A DNA stretch of 63,851 nucleotides, the filler included, from Candidatus Zhuqueibacterota bacterium (GTDB lineage: Bacteria; BS750m-G25): the NCBI GenBank assembly GCA_016783505.1. It is 4 parts of 4 records of this genome, joined end to end, with 100 filler letters (N's around TTAATTAATTAA, not from the genome) between each part and the next. Parts side by side here need not be neighbours in the genome. Positions count along the whole stretch, not along the records: positions 1 to 27,683 come from JADHWK010000034.1; 3 more parts are not named here. One strand, given 5' to 3'. This document shows positions 1 through 8,993 of this stretch, piece by piece (position 1 is the first letter of the stretch; each line of letters begins with the position of its first letter). A model generated the notes under the pieces. It was given only the letters and a program-made list of their open reading frames with translations. It had not been told where the DNA came from and searched no databases. Both the position numbers and the translations under genes were made by a program.

Positions 1-2111
1 TCCGGCTCCGGTTTGACGATGGGCGGGGAGATGGCATCCTTCCTCATCAGAAAGACCCAGCGAATGCTGGTCCGTTTGGTGTGCTTCTCGGGACCGCCCA
101 ACCAGTAGGGGTCCAGCATGGCACGGGAGGCGGCCGAGGCCTCGAAGCAGTAGGGTACCCCCCGATCGAGGCGGCAGTTCTCCTCCCGCATGCAGGGCTC
201 ATTGGCGCACTCCTCCTTTTTAGTGATCACGTTCTCGCACCTGGAGCGGTCAAAGAGCGGGGCCAGGTCAGGGTAATGTTTGACGAAGTTGGTAGGCATA
301 TAGAACTTCCGTTCCGGGGTATCTGCCAGCGCCCCTCCCCCCCCGTAGCGGACGAACACCAAGTCGTTGGAAACCAACTTCGCTTCAGGTTGTCGAAGTA
401 AGGAAGCAAAATGGGTGGACTTACCCGTCCCCGGGGGAGCAATCAACAGCAATCCCTTTCCGGCAAAATCCAGGCAGAAGCCCCGGATGGAATGGAGGTC
501 GAAGGACCGTTCCGAGATGTCAGCTACCATCCCCAAAGCCAGGCTCCGGAGCTGACCGTAAAAGGCGGATTTGAAAAGGACGGCCGTCTTGGATTCCGAA
601 TTGTAATAGGCCCGGGGCTCGCGACCGGGAATCCAGCCCACTGCGTAGATGATCCCGTGGGGCTCCAGATCGGCCTCCAGTTGGGCCGGATACCAGTTCT
701 CGATCCAGAAATCATAAAGGTGGGGAAGGTTGGTCCTTAACTGAATAATCACCCCGGCGATGTTAGCGTTCCATTCATAGTAGGTCTCGTAGGACAGGTG
801 CGCCTCGGCCTCGGCCACCAGGGCATCCCGTATCTGGGTGGTGACCTCGGGCTCGGTCTCTACAAACGAGCGCCTCACGGTCATGGTGTTATTCAGGGCC
901 ATCACCTTCGCCTTTCGGGTGGGCTCCAGCTTTGCCATCGCGGCGATAATCCGGTCCATCGCCTCCTCCAGCTTTTCCATGGAGGTGGCATAGGATATGC
1001 GGATATGAGAGTCAGCCCCGAAGGCATCCCCGGGGACGACGGCCACCCTGGCGTGCTTTAAAAGATAGTAGGCCAGGCCGTAGGAGTTGCGGATCTGCGT
1101 CCCCTGGAATTCTTTATTGAAATAGGATGAAAAGTTAGGGAATAGATAGAAGGCCCCCTGGGGCTCGGGGCAGGAGACCCCGGGGATCTGCCGCAATCGC
1201 TGCAGGACGAAATTCCTCCGTCGCTGAAACTCGGCCACCATCTTGGAAATCTCCGTCTGGGGACCCCGGAGGGCCTCCAGGCTGGCCATCTGGGATATGG
1301 TGCAGGCGTTGGAGGTGTTGTGGGATTGGACCTTGGCCATCCCGGCGATGAGCTCCTTTGGCCCAGCCGCATACCCGAGCCGCCAGCCGGTCATGGAATA
1401 GGCTTTCGACACCCCATTGACGATAACCGTTCGCTCCTTAACCTTGAGGCCCAGCGAGGCTAGCGAGACGAAGCGAAACCCGTCGTAGACCAGCTTCTCG
1501 TAGATCTCATCGGCAATGATCACTAGGCCCTCCTCTACGGCGATCTTAGCGATTTCTTCCAGCTCCTCCGGCGAATAGCCCATCCCGGTGGGATTTGAGG
1601 GGTTGTTCAAGATCAAGGCCTTGGTGCTGGGGGAGATGGCAGCGGAAAGCTCCTCAGGGGTGATCCGGAACCCGTTCTCCTCCTTGGCGGGAATGATGAC
1701 CGGATTGGCCTTGGCCAGGCTTACCATCGGGGGGTAGGAGACCCAGTAGGGAGCGGGGATGATGGCCTCCTCACCCTTATTGAACAGGGCCACCGACAGG
1801 TTATAAAGACAATTCTTGGCCCCGCTGGAGACGATGATCTCGTCGGGTCCGTACTCCAGCCCGTTGTCCTCTCTGAGCTTCTGGATAATGGCGGCCTTAA
1901 GCTCCGGGAGGCCCTCGTTGGCCGTATACTTGGTGTAGCCGGCGTCAATGGCCCGCTTGGCCGCCTCCCGGATGTTCTCCGGGGTGGGAAAGTCGGGCTC
2001 CCCCACCGACAGATCCACCACGTCTATCCCCTCGGCCTTCATAGTCTTGGCCTTAGCGGTGATCTTCAGAGTGGGCGAAAACCCGATTCGCTGTATTCTG
2101 TCTGCTAACAT
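1..2111 (-). CDS. Class I PLP aminotransferase (aspartate aminotransferase-like) fused to a C-terminal PEPCK/HPrK-like P-loop domain; runs off the window start
   Basis: Hand translation from ATG at 2111: MLADRIQRIGFSPTLKIT..VGEPDFPTP..NNPSNPTG..DEIY..SKAYSMTGWRLG..RISYATS, then continues with no stop through ..APPGTGKST..VSNDLVFV..CENV..SRAML to base 1 (>700 codons). Absent from the ORF track because there is no stop in the window. Confidence 0.92.
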   Translation of the reverse strand, partial: MLADRIQRIGFSPTLKITAKAKTMKAEGIDVVDLSVGEPDFPTPENIREAAKRAIDAGYTKYTANEGLPELKAAIIQKLREDNGLEYGPDEIIVSSGAKNCLYNLSVALFNKGEEAIIPAPYWVSYPPMVSLAKANPVIIPAKEENGFRITPEELSAAISPSTKALILNNPSNPTGMGYSPEELEEIAKIAVEEGLVIIADEIYEKLVYDGFRFVSLASLGLKVKERTVIVNGVSKAYSMTGWRLGYAAGPKELIAGMAKVQSHNTSNACTISQMASLEALRGPQTEISKMVAEFQRRRNFVLQRLRQIPGVSCPEPQGAFYLFPNFSSYFNKEFQGTQIRNSYGLAYYLLKHARVAVVPGDAFGADSHIRISYATSMEKLEEAMDRIIAAMAKLEPTRKAKVMALNNTMTVRRSFVETEPEVTTQIRDALVAEAEAHLSYETYYEWNANIAGVIIQLRTNLPHLYDFWIENWYPAQLEADLEPHGIIYAVGWIPGREPRAYYNSESKTAVLFKSAFYGQLRSLALGMVADISERSFDLHSIRGFCLDFAGKGLLLIAPPGTGKSTHFASLLRQPEAKLVSNDLVFVRYGGGGALADTPERKFYMPTNFVKHYPDLAPLFDRSRCENVITKKEECANEPCMREENCRLDRGVPYCFEASAASRAMLDPYWLGGPEKHTKRTSIRWVFLMRKDAISPPIVKPEP

Positions 2112-2133
2112 TTTAGTTCCAATATAAATTTTC

Positions 2134-2209
2134 TGCTAACGTCTCCACTGTTTGTGAAGTGCCGAAGGCATTTGCGCGAACGTAGTGATCCACAAACAGC
2201 GTGTTATAC
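2134..2209 (-). other. attC-like integron recombination site
   Basis: Minus strand GTATAAC-ACG-CTGTTTGTGGA...TTCACAAACAG-TGGAGAC-GTTAGCA: AAC/GTT core ends around an imperfect inverted repeat. Confidence 0.7.
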
Positions 2210-2327
2210 GCATTGCGTTTATTTCCCGTTTAGCTTCATCCCATCCATATGTTCACTTAAAATGGGAAGTTTTTTATCATGCCAACAAGTTATAATATAG
2301 ACTATTGTGATTTCCAATGACGCGCAT

Positions 2328-2365
2328 TTTGGAGTGCATCCCGAAGCTTCGGGATGCACTCCAAA
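2328..2365. repeat. Perfect 38-bp palindrome with TCCCGAAGCTTCGGGA core (dispersed REP-like family)
   Basis: TTTGGAGTGCATCCCGAAGCTTCGGGATGCACTCCAAA equals its own reverse complement; related cores near 4664, 4951, 8640, 11720, 29250, 40668, 52579, 53856. Confidence 0.9.
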
Positions 2366-2562
2366 CAGAAGTCAATAGTATAAGCTGCAAATCGCTAAAA
2401 ACGATTCAAAAGACATAATTTAATTTTTACAATAGCTTAGTTATAATCTTAAATCTTCAACGAGTAATGATAAACCACTATCCATTTTTTGTATGTTATT
2501 ATAACCGTCCTTTCCAACCCAGTCCTGATTTAGATAACTAACAACGAGTACTATGGGGTTGG

Positions 2563-3147
2563 TTAGCGTACTCGCTGCCAATCAGATTCGGCCAGGTAAA
2601 CTTCCAATTCTTTCCACATAGCCTCGAGGTTACAGCGCATCACGATAAGATCCTGCCTTTTACCACCCATGTCTTTCACGTACTCCGGTAGCATGGCTTT
2701 CTCGCGAAAACCAAGCCTTTTAAAGATCCTGTGAGCCCCGATCTGTGGCCGCATCATCTTCACGATAACTTCCTCAACATTTTCCTTCACCGCCAGCAGG
2801 TAGAGTTCACGCGCCATCAACATACCCAACCCTTTGCGCTGAAAGGGGCGGGCCACGATCAACCTCAGTTCTACCATGTGTTCTTTCCAGCCCGGGGCTT
2901 CCAGCTCCAGCGCTCCGTCAGCTACGATCCGGTCATCAACGACAGCTACCAGTCGCTTGACCCCGCAAGATTTCATAGTCTGGATACGTCGCTTGACAAT
3001 CTCACGCTTGGTGACGTCTACCCGAAGATATGCTCGGTCTTCTGGAGGAAGGGCTTGGAAGAAAGCATGGGACCGGTCTATATCCTCTTTCCTCAGCGGG
3101 CGGATGACAACATCACTGCCATCCTTCAGCCTCACTTTCCTTTTCAT
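2563..3147 (-). CDS. GNAT family N-acetyltransferase
   Basis: 194 aa; acetyl-CoA motif VARPFQRKGLG, C-terminal AHRIFKRLGF. Confidence 0.88.
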   Translation of the reverse strand: MKRKVRLKDGSDVVIRPLRKEDIDRSHAFFQALPPEDRAYLRVDVTKREIVKRRIQTMKSCGVKRLVAVVDDRIVADGALELEAPGWKEHMVELRLIVARPFQRKGLGMLMARELYLLAVKENVEEVIVKMMRPQIGAHRIFKRLGFREKAMLPEYVKDMGGKRQDLIVMRCNLEAMWKELEVYLAESDWQRVR

Positions 3148-3201
3148 TACAGCTGTCCTCGGTTTTTATCTATTATACAGCGGGATCCCCAACCCATTTG
3201 C

Positions 3202-4650
3202 TCACCCCTTCTTCCCCTCCCCGCCAGACTCTTTGAGCTCCTTTTCTTCAGAAGTATCTGTTATTTTCTTCGAAGCCGGGAGGTTTTGCAAGAACTTCTT
3301 AATGTCCACCCCGCTCAGGGACTCGATCACGGTGGGCAGTTGTGCTAAAATCTGGGCCACCTGGGCGGTGAGCCGGGAAACCCCGGAAGAGCCGGTCCCC
3401 CCGTCAACCATAACGATCTTATCCACTTTGGACAGGGGTTCGGACACCGCCCGGGCCAGCTCGGGAAGTTTTTCCACAAACATCTGGTAGATGGCCGCCT
3501 GGTTGTATTCCCCCCAGGATTCGGCCTTCTTCTGCATCGCCTCGGCCTCAGCGGCCCCTTGGGCCCGGATGAGCTCGGCTTCTGCTAGCCCCTCCAGCTT
3601 CTTAGCCTCGGCACGACCCTTGGCCTCGGCCTCCAATCGGAACCGCTCCGCCTCGGCTTCGGCTTGAACCTGGTAGCGCTTGGCATCCGCCGCCTTCTTG
3701 ACGGTGGACTCCAGCTCCTTCTCTTTCCTCAGGATCTCCTTCTCCTCGACCTTAATCCCCCCCTCCTTTTCCACCAGCTTGACCTGGTATTCTTCACGCT
3801 TCAGTTGCCGGCTAACCCTCTGTTTTTCCAACTCGTAGGCCAGGTCGGCCTCGGCCTTGCGCTGGTTGATGGCAGCCTGGTACTCGGCCCGTCGGGTCTC
3901 GTAGTCCCGACTGGCCCGGGCGATCTCGGCCTCGGCCTGGAATTTGGCGATGTCACCCTCCTTGCGGGCCTGAGCTGACTTAATGGTGGCATCCCGGTCG
4001 GTCTCGGCCTGGGCCACCGCCGCATCCCGCTTCACTTGGGCGATCCGGGGTCTCCCCAGCGCCTCCAGATAGCCCTGGGTATCGCTGATGTCTTTCAAGG
4101 CAAAGGAGAGCACCGCCAGCCCCATTCGGGCAAAGTCGTCAGAGGCTGAGGTCATAACCCGTTGGGCGAACTCCTCCCGCTGCTGGTAGATCTCCTCAAC
4201 CTTCATAGACCCCAAGACCGCCCGGACGCATCCCTCCAGGATCTGATTGGCGACATCTTTAATCCCTTCAGCCCCGGTCCCTAAAAACTGCTCCGCCGCC
4301 TGACGAATGGAGTAATCGTCCCCACCGACCTTTACCTGGGCTACCGCCTCGGCGATGATGTGAACCCCCTGGGCGGTGAGCACCTCCGGGGTTTTGATGG
4401 GGATGGTGAACACCCCCAGAGGGAGGACCTGGGCGCGCTCAAGCAAGGGCAGGACGAAGGTCCCCCCACCGATTCGGTAGCGGTAGCCGATTTTTTTCCG
4501 GGTCCCATCTGGGTCAGTCACCGTCCGCTTCCGACCCCCGGAGACGATCAGCACCTCGTTTGGGCCCACCTTCCGATATTGAGTAGCCAGGGCCAGCAGG
4601 ACTAGACCCACCACTACTACAATAATACTGAGCCAGATATACCATTCCAT
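3202..4650 (-). CDS. Flotillin family (SPFH/band 7) protein
   Basis: N-terminal TM helix, YRKVGPNEVLIVSG, SPFH domain, long AEA-rich coiled coil, VSEPLSKVDKIVMV. Confidence 0.93.
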   Translation of the reverse strand: MEWYIWLSIIVVVVGLVLLALATQYRKVGPNEVLIVSGGRKRTVTDPDGTRKKIGYRYRIGGGTFVLPLLERAQVLPLGVFTIPIKTPEVLTAQGVHIIAEAVAQVKVGGDDYSIRQAAEQFLGTGAEGIKDVANQILEGCVRAVLGSMKVEEIYQQREEFAQRVMTSASDDFARMGLAVLSFALKDISDTQGYLEALGRPRIAQVKRDAAVAQAETDRDATIKSAQARKEGDIAKFQAEAEIARASRDYETRRAEYQAAINQRKAEADLAYELEKQRVSRQLKREEYQVKLVEKEGGIKVEEKEILRKEKELESTVKKAADAKRYQVQAEAEAERFRLEAEAKGRAEAKKLEGLAEAELIRAQGAAEAEAMQKKAESWGEYNQAAIYQMFVEKLPELARAVSEPLSKVDKIVMVDGGTGSSGVSRLTAQVAQILAQLPTVIESLSGVDIKKFLQNLPASKKITDTSEEKELKESGGEGKKG

Positions 4651-5000
4651 CTCTCCTCCTCTGTCCCGAAACTTCGGGACGATATAACCTAAACATAAAA
4701 TTGGATTACATCATCAAATTTACCTAAATATATTCAAAAATATAATTCTTTGCAACACTTTTCTCAACTTTTTATCGTAAAACTATTGCTTTTTATCCTC
4801 ATATGTATTAATTTTACAATGACAAAACCGCACAACTGAATTGACACCGTCAGTCAGGCGGCCTTCGGTCATCGTATCAACAATTAACAGATTAGTTGTA
4901 AAAGTAAGTGTATAAAACATTGACAGTAACCGTCTCACGAATGACGAAAGTCCCGAAGCTTCGGGATTTTAAAGGTGCCAAAGTTTAGTATAGGATAGAG

Positions 5001-6839
5001 ATGAGTAACGGTATCTACGAGGAAGAAGACTCTCAGAGGTTCTATGAGAACCTGACTCCACTGCTGAACGGCCCTAACATTCAGCACGTCAATCTCAAAG
5101 GGTTAAAATCCAGGGCGATCAAGACCGCCACCCGCACCCGGTTCGGATCCTACGGCTGGCGGTCGGCGGTCTCCAGCCGGATAGCCCCTCTGACCGTCTA
5201 CCTGGGGTCCGAACCGGTAAGATTACCCAAGATGACCGCGGTGCAGAAGAATATCGTAGAAAACGCCCCGGAGGAGTTGCATAAGGTTCTCCATCTGATG
5301 AGGTCCCTCCCTTTTGTTCACCTCCGCCGCCAGATGGGAAATAACGACGAATACAATCCCATCTGTAACCTCTATGTCTCGGTGGCCGATTCGAAAAACC
5401 ACCGCATTGCCTACATGTGGGGCCATACCCTCCGAAAACCGGACAAAAAGCCCGGGCCCGAGTTCACCATGATCCACATTCCGGAGGAGCATCATCTCAG
5501 GCAACAGGTCCTGGTTTTGCCGGAATATAATCTAAACATCGCTCTGGGGACCGACTACATGGGGGAGGACAAGAAGGGGTTCTTAAGACAGGCCATGTGG
5601 TATGCTGACGAACACGGCATGCTGGGCCTGCATGCGGGGACGAAGCTGGTGACCGTCCGTGATGCCAAAGATGACCGATTGAAAAGATACGGGGTTTTCC
5701 TGTTCGGCTTGACGGCCACCGGAAAGTCCACCTGGTCCTGTCACCCGTTGGGATTGGATCCAAACAGGGGGGAGTGTACCCAGGTGATCCAGGACGACAT
5801 CGTCTTTCTCAAAAAAGACGGCTCGGCCCTGGGCACGGAAACCGGGTTCTTCGTCAAGACGGATGTGGAGAAGGGCCTTCAGGAGGCCATGTATAATGCC
5901 TTGATTGACCGCACTGCTCTGTTCGAAAACGTTATGATTGATGCCGCCGGGAACCCCGATTTCTTGGACGAGCGCTTGTGCGCCAACGGCAGGGCTGTTA
6001 TCCAGAGGGATAAGTTAAAAATTAAAAGGGGACGGCGGCTGGTGGGGATCAGTTCCAAAAGCATCAACATGCCACCCTTAGACGACCTTGACGGTTTGAT
6101 CTTCGCCTTCATCACCCGCAGGAACACCATCATGCCCTTCGCCCAGGAGCTCACCCCGGAGCAGGCGTTGTTGGCCTATCTATGGGGGGAATCCACCCAC
6201 TCCTATGCCTCCCAACCGCTCAAGGCCGGGGAATCGGTGCGGATTGTAGGGACCGACCCCTTCATCATCGGCTCCCGGGCCAGGAAGGTGAACCGATTCT
6301 ATGACATCATCATGGATTTATTGGACAGATTTCCGGGCAAGGTGAGGTTCTATCAGTACAACACCGGCGGCGTCGGTGAGATCCTGGAGAGCTATGTGGA
6401 AGGGGAAATCGAAAAGAAGAGGGAAATCCAAAAGGTCACCCGGGTGCCCATTAGCGAGATGGCCGCTATTCAGCGCGGGGATCTGAGGGGGACGAACCGA
6501 TATGAAAAAGGGAGGTTTGGAACCCATGAGATCGTGGCCTGTGAGGACAGGGGTCTTAAAGATTTTGACCCCAAGAAATTCTATTCGGAAGAGCAGATTG
6601 AATCCTATCTGGGGGACATTGTCAAGGGGCGGCGAAAGTTTACTGAGGAGATCGCAGACGAGGGGCTGAACCCGGAGATCATCCGGGCGGCGGAAAGATC
6701 CTTCGAGGTTTCCCGACGGGTAAAAACCAAACCTCCACCCGAGGGATTACCCCAAGGGGAACTAGCAGAATCAGGGGAAGAGATTCCTTGGAAACCGAAA
6801 ACCCGACCCCCCCGACCCCTGGGCAGGAGATACAGATAA
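5001..6839 (+). CDS. pckA: Phosphoenolpyruvate carboxykinase (ATP)-family protein
   Basis: YMGEDKKG, LGLHAG, P-loop FGLTATGKST, IQDD, FENV, NGRA: the PEPCK catalytic motifs in order. Confidence 0.85.
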   Translation: MSNGIYEEEDSQRFYENLTPLLNGPNIQHVNLKGLKSRAIKTATRTRFGSYGWRSAVSSRIAPLTVYLGSEPVRLPKMTAVQKNIVENAPEELHKVLHLMRSLPFVHLRRQMGNNDEYNPICNLYVSVADSKNHRIAYMWGHTLRKPDKKPGPEFTMIHIPEEHHLRQQVLVLPEYNLNIALGTDYMGEDKKGFLRQAMWYADEHGMLGLHAGTKLVTVRDAKDDRLKRYGVFLFGLTATGKSTWSCHPLGLDPNRGECTQVIQDDIVFLKKDGSALGTETGFFVKTDVEKGLQEAMYNALIDRTALFENVMIDAAGNPDFLDERLCANGRAVIQRDKLKIKRGRRLVGISSKSINMPPLDDLDGLIFAFITRRNTIMPFAQELTPEQALLAYLWGESTHSYASQPLKAGESVRIVGTDPFIIGSRARKVNRFYDIIMDLLDRFPGKVRFYQYNTGGVGEILESYVEGEIEKKREIQKVTRVPISEMAAIQRGDLRGTNRYEKGRFGTHEIVACEDRGLKDFDPKKFYSEEQIESYLGDIVKGRRKFTEEIADEGLNPEIIRAAERSFEVSRRVKTKPPPEGLPQGELAESGEEIPWKPKTRPPRPLGRRYR

Positions 6840-6862
6840 AATTACCATCAAATTCCACAATC

Positions 6863-6899
6863 AAAAAAAGCCATCGGAAAACTCGCCGGTGGCTTTTTC
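6863..6899 (+). terminator. Rho-independent terminator after pckA
   Basis: AAAAAAAGCCATCGG-aaaactcg-CCGGTGGCTTTTT hairpin with U tract. Confidence 0.8.
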
Positions 6900-7051
6900 T
6901 ATATCAACACATCAGTAATGACGGCAGATTACAACATCCACCGCGAGGGAGGAGTTTTTATGGTCACGGCAAAGATAGGAAAGATCAAAAGTAAGATCGC
7001 TGCTTCCCTTATCAATCAGAAGAACAGGTTCTATGATATATTAAAAATTGT

Positions 7052-7080
7052 TTGACTTTTAAAATTTTTTACATTATATT
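7052..7080 (+). promoter_or_regulatory. Sigma70-type promoter of the DUF5678/protease pair
   Basis: TTGACT-17 bp-TATATT. Confidence 0.65.
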
Positions 7081-7104
7081 ATTTTAAAAATGGAGATCGA
7101 AATT

Positions 7105-7356
7105 ATGAAAACTCAAAATGTCCAGCTTCCCAACCCTGCGCCAAAGAAGTATTGGGAAGATAGCCGATGGGCGCATGAGCATTCTGTAGAGATTTCCGAG
7201 CGGTATCCTAATCAATGGATAGCGATTTTAAACAAAAAGGTTATTGCTGCTGGTAAAGATGGTTCCAAAGTAGAAAAGAACGGTGCTGAAAAAGCAGGCG
7301 ATCAGGAATTCGTCATCTTCTTTGCTGAAAAGGGAATCCATATCTATGGAAATTAA
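7105..7356 (+). CDS. DUF5678-like small protein
   Basis: W..EH..EI.ERYPNQWIAILNKKVIAAGKD pattern; GGAG RBS before ATG 7105. Confidence 0.75.
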   Translation: MKTQNVQLPNPAPKKYWEDSRWAHEHSVEISERYPNQWIAILNKKVIAAGKDGSKVEKNGAEKAGDQEFVIFFAEKGIHIYGN

Positions 7357-7783
7357 TCTCGAATTTGAGACAAAGATTGACCCGGAGTTTCTTGCTGCTG
7401 GCATTCCTGTTCGTCTTATACGATTGCTTGCTACCCTTCAATTTCTAACAAGCGAGGGTTGGAGCCGCAGATACCAGGGAATCATTGATACTGGCAATCC
7501 AATTTCTGTCATTCCACATTTCATTTGGAACAATGCACAGTTAAAATGGATTTCATCAGAAAAAACGAAACTTTATGGCATCGGTTCCGCTGGTGTATGG
7601 GGTAGGTTAGCAGAAATGACAATAACCTTCTCCGATGAAAAGCGGGTATCTCTACCAATTAGTCTCAAAGCCCACCTTTTAGACGATAACAGCGTTCCCC
7701 TCCTCATCGGCTTTGAAGACGTCTTGACTTCCCTCAAATTAGTAAGCGATTACAAAGAACAAAAGGCTTATCTTAAGTGGTAA
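7346..7783 (+). CDS. Retropepsin-like single-domain aspartyl protease
   Basis: IIDTGNP catalytic motif, GIGS flap, C-terminal LLIGFED; start overlaps the upstream gene. Confidence 0.8.
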   Translation: MEINLEFETKIDPEFLAAGIPVRLIRLLATLQFLTSEGWSRRYQGIIDTGNPISVIPHFIWNNAQLKWISSEKTKLYGIGSAGVWGRLAEMTITFSDEKRVSLPISLKAHLLDDNSVPLLIGFEDVLTSLKLVSDYKEQKAYLKW

Positions 7784-7932
7784 ATAGAAGCAAGCATATT
7801 GCCCCAAAAACAGAAAATTGGATCAGTTTGTTGGCTTTTTCATTTTAACACATCTAATTTTGTTTTGATCCTCACTAAGGTTGGTTCCTGCATAGCAATA
7901 AAAAGTAAGGCGAAACCCCGGGCTCTACCGGT

Positions 7933-8100
7933 GGGATTGCCCGAAGGGGAACATGCAGAATCAGGGGAAGAAATCCCCACGCCTACGGGTTGGGAAAGCA
8001 AATCAGACCCCCGCGACCCCTGAGCAGGCGATACAGATAAAATAACCGACGAATTTCACAATTAAAAAAGCCATCTATTAACTTACCGATGGTTTTTTTT
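7933..8100 (+). repeat. Diverged duplicate of the pckA 3' end and its terminator (copy of about 6743-6899)
   Basis: GGGATTGCCCGAAGGGGAACATGCAGAATCAGGGGAAGA..GATACAGATAAAATAACC..AAAAAAGCCATC..GATGGTTTTTTTT aligns with 6743-6899. Confidence 0.9.
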
Positions 8101-8315
8101 GAATACTGCTACCAACTTTAACGTCGTTTGTCCTTGAAACCAGCTGGGGGGTTAACTTTTTCCCTGGGTTGCTGAACTGCTTAATTCTTATCTCATATGG
8201 TAAATGATCTTCTCGTGCCGGCTGCAAAATTCGTATTTACTCTTGAGTTGAGCATGGATAAGTTCTGACTGCCAGTGAGTATTTAGCAACCCACCGGGTT
8301 TAGGAGTGGGACTTT

Positions 8316-8510
8316 TCAGCCCCAGGCAATAATCCTGAGCACCCGCACCCTGTCCTCCTATTTCAACTCCCTTTTGGGCTCTTCACCAGGATAGACAATC
8401 CGGCCATTCACACTGAAGATGACAGCGTTTAGATTTAAGTCCAGGTGCTTAATAAGGTCTTCAATGGTAACCTTTTCGCTAATCTCTATCTCTTTCATCC
8501 TAGACACCAT
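8316..8510 (-). pseudogene. ThiS/MoaD sulfur-carrier remnant
   Basis: ..TIEDLIKHLDL..VNGRIV..ELK*EDRVRVLRIIAWG*: internal TAG, and the terminal GG is changed to WG. Confidence 0.75.
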
Positions 8511-8541
8511 TACCGCATATTGTCCGAAGCTAGAACCAGAT

Positions 8542-8813
8542 ACTAAACTTTGGCAAATTTTATAAAGTGCAGAAAAAAACCACCTATCTGTCCTGGGACA
8601 GATAGGAATCAATTCCTAATCTTATGTTTCCTATAGTAATCCCGATAAATCGGGATGATGTGTCCAATCCAATTTGTTGGATTTTTAAAGAGAAGTTTAG
8701 GATGGTAATTGATTACCATCTGGGGGTTAACCGAAACCCAAAAGTAAATTTAAATCGTTTCAATGGCTTATCATTCTGATTCAGCCTAAAAACAATTTTT
8801 GCCAAAGTTTAGT
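8542..8813. mobile_element. 272-bp MITE with 16-bp TIRs and 5-bp target duplication
   Basis: TIRs ACTAAACTTTGGCAAA / TTTGCCAAAGTTTAGT; CAGAT on both sides (8537-8541, 8814-8818); homologous copy at 53668. Confidence 0.85.
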
Positions 8814-8993
8814 CAGATACATACTGTTGGCGGCCGTACCTAAACTTTATCTTATCATATCCCCATTGACTCGCCAGAGCGTTTCCGACATTCTTTGATC
8901 CTGGGAAAGGCTTGTTTCAGTTGAACTGCTAAATGACCGAGCAAAATGAGGCAAGGCACGAAGTGTCGCAGTGTTGCTCTTCGTCCGCCAACA

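Noticed and set aside
81-1948. Numerous short ORFs in the track over 1-2100
   Set aside because: Shadow or antisense frames of the long minus-strand AspAT fusion.
4800-5000. Possible riboswitch upstream of pckA
   Set aside because: Only weak inverted repeats and a dispersed palindrome; no recognisable aptamer consensus.
8358-8360. In-frame TAG in ThiS-like and nadA remnants as pyrrolysine readthrough
   Set aside because: Both genes have other inactivating changes (lost GG, lost Cys, truncation); no pyl genes seen.
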